Source: the human T2T-CHM13v2.0 reference genome, Homo sapiens. Taken from it: a DNA stretch of 64,000 nt. Numbering within the stretch: the stretch's first letter is position 1; each line of letters opens with the position of its first letter. A model generated the notes under the pieces. It had not been told where the DNA came from and searched no databases. It worked only from the letters and a program-made list of their open reading frames with translations. This document shows positions 58,616-64,000 of this stretch, piece by piece. The stretch lies in the NCBI RefSeq assembly GCF_009914755.1, contig NC_060940.1; one strand, given 5' to 3'. The position numbers and the translations under genes are program-made.

Positions 58616-61600
58616 TTAGAAGATTCTATTCAATTACATTCCATGACGATTCCGTTCGAGTCCATTTGATGATTCCATTAGACTCCATTCGACGATGATT
58701 CCATTCGATGTTATTCGATGATTCCATTCGATCTCATTCGATGATGATTCCATTCAACTCCATTCGATGTTTCCATTCGAGTTCATTCTATTATTCCATT
58801 AGATTCCATTCGATGATGATTCCATTCGATTCCATTTGATGATTGCATTCTATTTCATTTGATGATGATTCCATTCGAGTCCACTCGATGATTCCATTCG
58901 AGTCCATTTAATGAATCCATTGGTTTCAATTCTATGATGATTACATTGGATTCCATTCGTTGATGATTTCATTCGGTTCCATTCAATGATGATTCCATTC
59001 AATTCCTTTCAATGTTTCCATTCAATTCCATACGATGATGATTCCATTTGATTTGATTCGACAGTGAGCCATTCGATTCAATTCCATGATGATTCTATTT
59101 GATTCAATTGGTTGACATTTCCATTCGATTCCATTCGATGATGATTCCCTTTGATTCCGTTCAACGATGATTCCATTCTAGCCCATTCAATCATTCCATT
59201 CGATTCTATTCAATGATGATTCCATTCATGTCGATTTGGTGATTCCATTTGACTTCATTTGATGATGATTCCTTTCAAGTTCATTAGATGATTCCATTCG
59301 ATTCCATTTGATGATGATCCCATTCGAGTCCACTCAGTGATTCCATTCGTTTCCATTCCATGATGATTCCATTCCTTTCCATTCAATGATTCCATTCGAT
59401 TCCGTTTGATGATGATTTCATTCGAGTCCATTTGATGATTCCATTTGATTCCATTCGATGATGATTCCATTCGAGTCCATTCGATGATTCTATTCGAATC
59501 CATTTGATGATTTCTTTTGATTATATTTGGTGATGATTCCATTGGAGTCCATTCAATGATTCCATTCTATTCCAATCGATGATGATTCCATTAGAGTCCA
59601 TTTAATGATTCCATTTGATTCCAGTCTCTGATGATTACATTCGAGTCCATACGATGATTCCACTCAATTCCATATGATGATGATTCCATTTGATTCCATT
59701 CGGTGATTCCATTCTATTCTATTCAATGGTGATTCCATTCGAGTACATTAGATGATTCCATTCGATTCCATTCAATGATGATTCTATTTGTGTCCCTTAG
59801 ATGATTCCACATGATTCCATTAGATGATGATACTATTTGAGCCCATCCAATGATTCCCTTCGATTCCATTCGATGAGGATTCCATTCGATTCAATTCATT
59901 GGTGATTCTATTCAATTCAATTCTTTGATTCCATTCCATTCCATTCGACAATGATTCCATTCGATTTCTTTCGATGATTCCACTCGATTCCACTTGACAT
60001 TGATTCCATTCGATTCCATTCAATGATTCCATTTGATTCCAGTGGATGATGATTGCCATCGATTCCATTCGATCACTCCATTCTATTCCATTTGATGATG
60101 ATTACATTCGATTCCATTTGATGATTCCATCTGATTCTATTCGAGGATTCCATTTGATTCCATTCGATGATGATTCCATTCGAGTCCATTCGATGATTTC
60201 ATTCGAGTACATCCAATGATTCCATTCGAGTCCATTAGATGATTCCATTTGATTCCATTTGAAAATGATTCTACTAGAGTCCATTCAATGACTCCATTCG
60301 AGTCCATTCAACAATTCCATTCGACTCCATTCGATGATTCCATTCGATTCCATTTGATGGTTCCATTCGAGTCCATTTAATCATTACAGTCGAGTCCATT
60401 TGGTGATTCCACTGGATTTCTTTTGATAATGATACCATTCAATTACATTTGATGATGATCCCATTCAATTTCATTTGATGATGATTCCATTAGAGTCCAT
60501 TCCATGATTTCATTCGAGTCCCTTCATTGATTCCATCCGATTTCATTGGATGATGACTCCATTCGAGTCCATTCGATGATTCCACTCGATTCCATTAGAT
60601 GACTCCATTGGAGTCCATTTGATTGTTCCATTCGATTCCATTCGATTCCTTTCGAAGATTATTCCATTTGAGTCCATTCGATGATGATTCCATTCCATTC
60701 CATTCGATGATTCCGTTTGATTCCATTCGATGATTCCCTTCGATTCCTTTCTTTGATGATTCCATTCCATTCCATTCAATGATTCCATTCGAATCTATTC
60801 CATGATGATTCCTTTCGATTCCATTCGCTGATGTTTCCGTTCAATTCCATTCGATGATGATTCCATTCGATTCCATTCATTGAGGATTCCATTTGATTCC
60901 ATTCAATGATGATTCCATTCTATTCCATTCAATGATTGCATTCAATTCCATTCAATGATTATCCGATTAGAGTAAACTCAACGATTCCATTCAATACCAT
61001 TCGATGATGATTCCTTTTGAGTCCATTCAATGATTTCATTCAAGTCCATTTGATGATTCCTTTCAATTCCATTCTATGATGATTCCATTCGAGTCCATTC
61101 GATGATTTCATTCGATTGCATTCGATGATTCCATTATATTCCATTCAACGGTGATTGCATTCGAGTCCATTCCATGATTCCATTAGAGTACATTTAATGA
61201 TTGCTTTGTTTTCAATTCGAAGATGATTACATTGGATTCCATTCTATGATACCATTCGATTCCATTCAATGATGATTCCACTCAAATCCATTGGATGATT
61301 CCATTCGTGTCCATTCGGTGATTTCATTAGATTCCATTCGAGGATGATTCCATTCGATTCCATTCGATGATTCCATTCAATTCCATTCGATGATGATTCC
61401 ATTCCAGTCCATATGATCATTCCATTTGATTTCATTCGATGATGATTCCATTCGATTCGATTCGACGATTCCATTCTATTCCATTCGATGATGATTCCAT
61501 TCGAGTCCATTCGATCATTCCATTCGAGTCCATTTAATGATTCCATTGGGTTCAATTCAATGATGATTACATTGGATTCCGTTCTATGATTCCATTCAAT

Positions 61601-64000
61601 TCCGTTCATTGACAATTTGATTCCATTCGATGATGATTCCATTTGAGTTCATTCGATGATTCTATTCGATTCTCTTCGATGGTGATTCAATTCTATTATA
61701 TTGGATGATTCCATTCGATTCCATTTGATGTTGATTCAATTCGATTCTATTCGATGATGATTCCATTGGATTTCACTTGATGATTCTATTCGATTCCATT
61801 CAATGATGATTCACTTCTCGTCCATTGGATGATTCCATTTCATTCCATTCGATGATGATTCCATTCGATTCCATTCGATGATTCCATTTGATTCCATGCG
61901 ACGGTGAGCAATTCGATTCAATTCCATGATGATTCTATTTGATTCAATTAGATGATGTTTCCATTCGAATCCATTCCATGATTATTCCATTGGAATCCAT
62001 TCGGCGATGATTCCATATGAGTCAATTCAATGATGATTCCATATGGGTCCGTTCGATGATAATTCCATTTGATTTCATTCGATGCTTCTATTCTATTCCA
62101 GTCGATGATGATTCCGTTGGAGTCCATACGATGATTCCATTTGATTTCATTTGATGATGATTCCATTCGATGATGATTACATTGGATTCCATTCTATGAT
62201 TCCATTCAATTCCATTCGTTGATGATTCGATTCCATTCAATGATGATTCCATTTGAGTTCATTCGATGATTCTATTCGATTCCGTTCGATGGTGATTCAA
62301 TTCTTTTATATTGGATGATTCCACTCGATTCCATTTGATGATTATTCCATTGGAGTCCACTTAGTGAATCCTTTAGATTCTACTCGACGATGATTCCATT
62401 CGAGTCCATTCGATGATACCATTCAATTCCATTCGTTGATGCTTCCATTCAAGTGCATTCGATGATATCATTTGATTCCATTTGATGATAATTCCATTTG
62501 ATTCCATGCGATGATTCTATTCGATTCCATTCAATGATAATTCCATTCAATTCAGTGATTCCTCTGGACTCCATTTGATGATGATTCCATTCAATGATTC
62601 CATTCGATTCTATTCGAAAATGATTCCATTTGAATCCATTTGATGATGATTCCATTAGATTCCATTTGATGATTCCATTAGATTCCATTCGACGATGATT
62701 CCATTCGATTCCGTTTGATGATTCCATTCCATTCTATTCGATGATGATTCCATTCGATTCCATTCGATGATGATTGGATTCGATTCCATTTGATGATTTC
62801 ATTTGATTCCATTCGTTAATGATTTCGATCAATTCCATTCGATGATTCCATTCGATTCCATTTGATAATGATTACATCCGAGTCCATTCGATGATTCCAT
62901 TTGAGCCCGTTCGATAATTCCATTTGAGTCCAATCAATGATTCCAGTCATTTCCATTCAATGATTCCATTCGAGTCCATTTGATCATTCCGGTAGGGTCC
63001 ATTCGATGTTGATTCCATTGGAGTGCATTCGATGATTCCATTCGAGTCCATTTTAGGATTTGATTCGAGTCCTTTCGATGATTCCATTCGATTCCACTCG
63101 ATGATGATTTCATTCGAGTCCATTCGACACTTCCAATCGATTCCATTTGATGATTCCATTCGAGTCCAATTGATGATTCCATTCAATTCCATTCGATGAT
63201 GATTCCGTACGATTCCATTCTGTGATGATTCCATGTGATTGCATTCAATGATGATTCCTTTCGATTGCATTCGATTATGATTCATTTCGTGTTCATTCTA
63301 TGGTTCCACAGGTTTCCATTCGTGTCCATTCCATTATTCCATTCTATTCCATTTGATGATGATTCCATTCGATTCCATTCATTGGTGATTCCACTCAATT
63401 CCATTCAATGATTCCATTCCATTTCTTTCAACAATGATTCCATTAGTTTCTAATCGATGATCCACTTGATTCCATTTGACGACGATTCCATTCTTGTCCA
63501 TTCGATGATTCCATTTGATTCCATATGATGATGATTCCATTCGATTCCATACCATGATGATTCCATTCGAGTCCATTCAATGGTGATTCCATTCAATTCC
63601 ATTCGATGATTCCTTTTGATTCCATTCGATGATGATGGCATTCGATTCCTTTCAATCATTCCCTTTGATTCCATTCAAAGGTGATTTCATTCAAGTCCAT
63701 TCGATAATTGCATTCGATTCCATTCTATGATGATTCCATTCGAGTCCATTTGATGATTCCATTCAATTCAAGTCAATGATGATTCCATTCGATTCCATTC
63801 GATGATTCCATTGGATTCCATTCGATGATGATTCCATTCAAATCCATTCGATAATTCAATTCAAGTCCATTCGATGATGATTCCAATCGAATCCATTCAA
63901 AGATTCCATTCAGTTCCATTCGATGATTCCCTTAGATTCCATTCGATGATTCCACTTGATTGCATTTACGATGATTCCATTCGATTCCATGTGATGATTC
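58616..64000 (+). repeat. Unit 12, canonical spacing, truncated by the window end
   Basis: Landmarks stay at +6112 through 63674. More substitutions appear after ~60460. Confidence 0.94.

Larger units (their letters stand above)
1..64000 (+). repeat. Satellite II (HSat2/HSATII) tandem array, CATTC strand on +; probably the chr16 pericentromeric HSat2B type
   Basis: Continuous diverged (CATTC)n with the HSat2-diagnostic CATTCGATTC and (GAT)GATGATTCCATTCGAGTC blocks. Dense TCGA. No GAATG-oriented tract seen. The chromosome and subfamily are inferred from the ~6.1-kb period (recalled, not checked), so they are less certain than the family call. Confidence 0.97.

Noticed and set aside
235-63674. 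Numerous minus-strand ORFs of 60-165 aa (MESSNGIEWNHRM... type) that resemble a repeat-protein family
   Set aside because: They are translations of the stop-poor (GAATG)n strand. They overlap in several frames, recur with the DNA period, are opened and closed by random SNPs, and show no domain or gene structure.
1-64000. CRISPR-like repeat-spacer appearance of 23-26-bp repeats with variable sequence between them
   Set aside because: There are no unique spacers, since the intervening sequence is the same CATTC-derived repeat. No cas genes or leader are present, and this is a primate satellite.
1-64000. Inversions or embedded Alu, L1, LTR or alpha-satellite/CENP-B-box sequence
   Set aside because: On reading through I saw no GAATG-oriented tract, poly(A) tail, GC-rich island or non-satellite stretch. 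All unit lengths are fully accounted for by satellite-internal indels.

Overview
The whole 64 kb is one uninterrupted, single-orientation array of classical Satellite II (HSat2/HSATII; CATTC-derived, with CATTCGATTC, CATTCGATGATGATTC and CATTCGAGTC blocks forming 23/26/49-bp monomers), typical of human or great-ape pericentromeric heterochromatin. I see no genes, RNA genes or transposon insertions, and every listed ORF is a translation artefact of the repeat. The real structure is a 6,112-bp higher-order unit. Using the once-per-unit landmark (GAGTCCG)TTAGAAG, units start at 1, 4553, 9057, 12393, 15778, 20667, 28118, 34191, 40280, 46392, 52504 and 58616, with lengths 4552, 4504, 3336, 3385, 4889, 7451, 6073, 6089, 6112, 6112, 6112 and a partial last unit. 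The left ~28 kb consists of rearranged, more diverged units. Each length is explained exactly by a few in-register events: deletions of 1618, 1158, 374 and 236 bp, duplications of 1590, 411 and 49 bp, and small indels. The right ~28 kb is near-identical 6,112-bp copies. From memory, a ~6.1-kb period matches the chr16q11.2 HSat2B array, but I cannot verify that here. I did not find a new protein- or RNA-encoding system. The notable signals are the array's recombination history and a once-per-unit DUX4-type motif.
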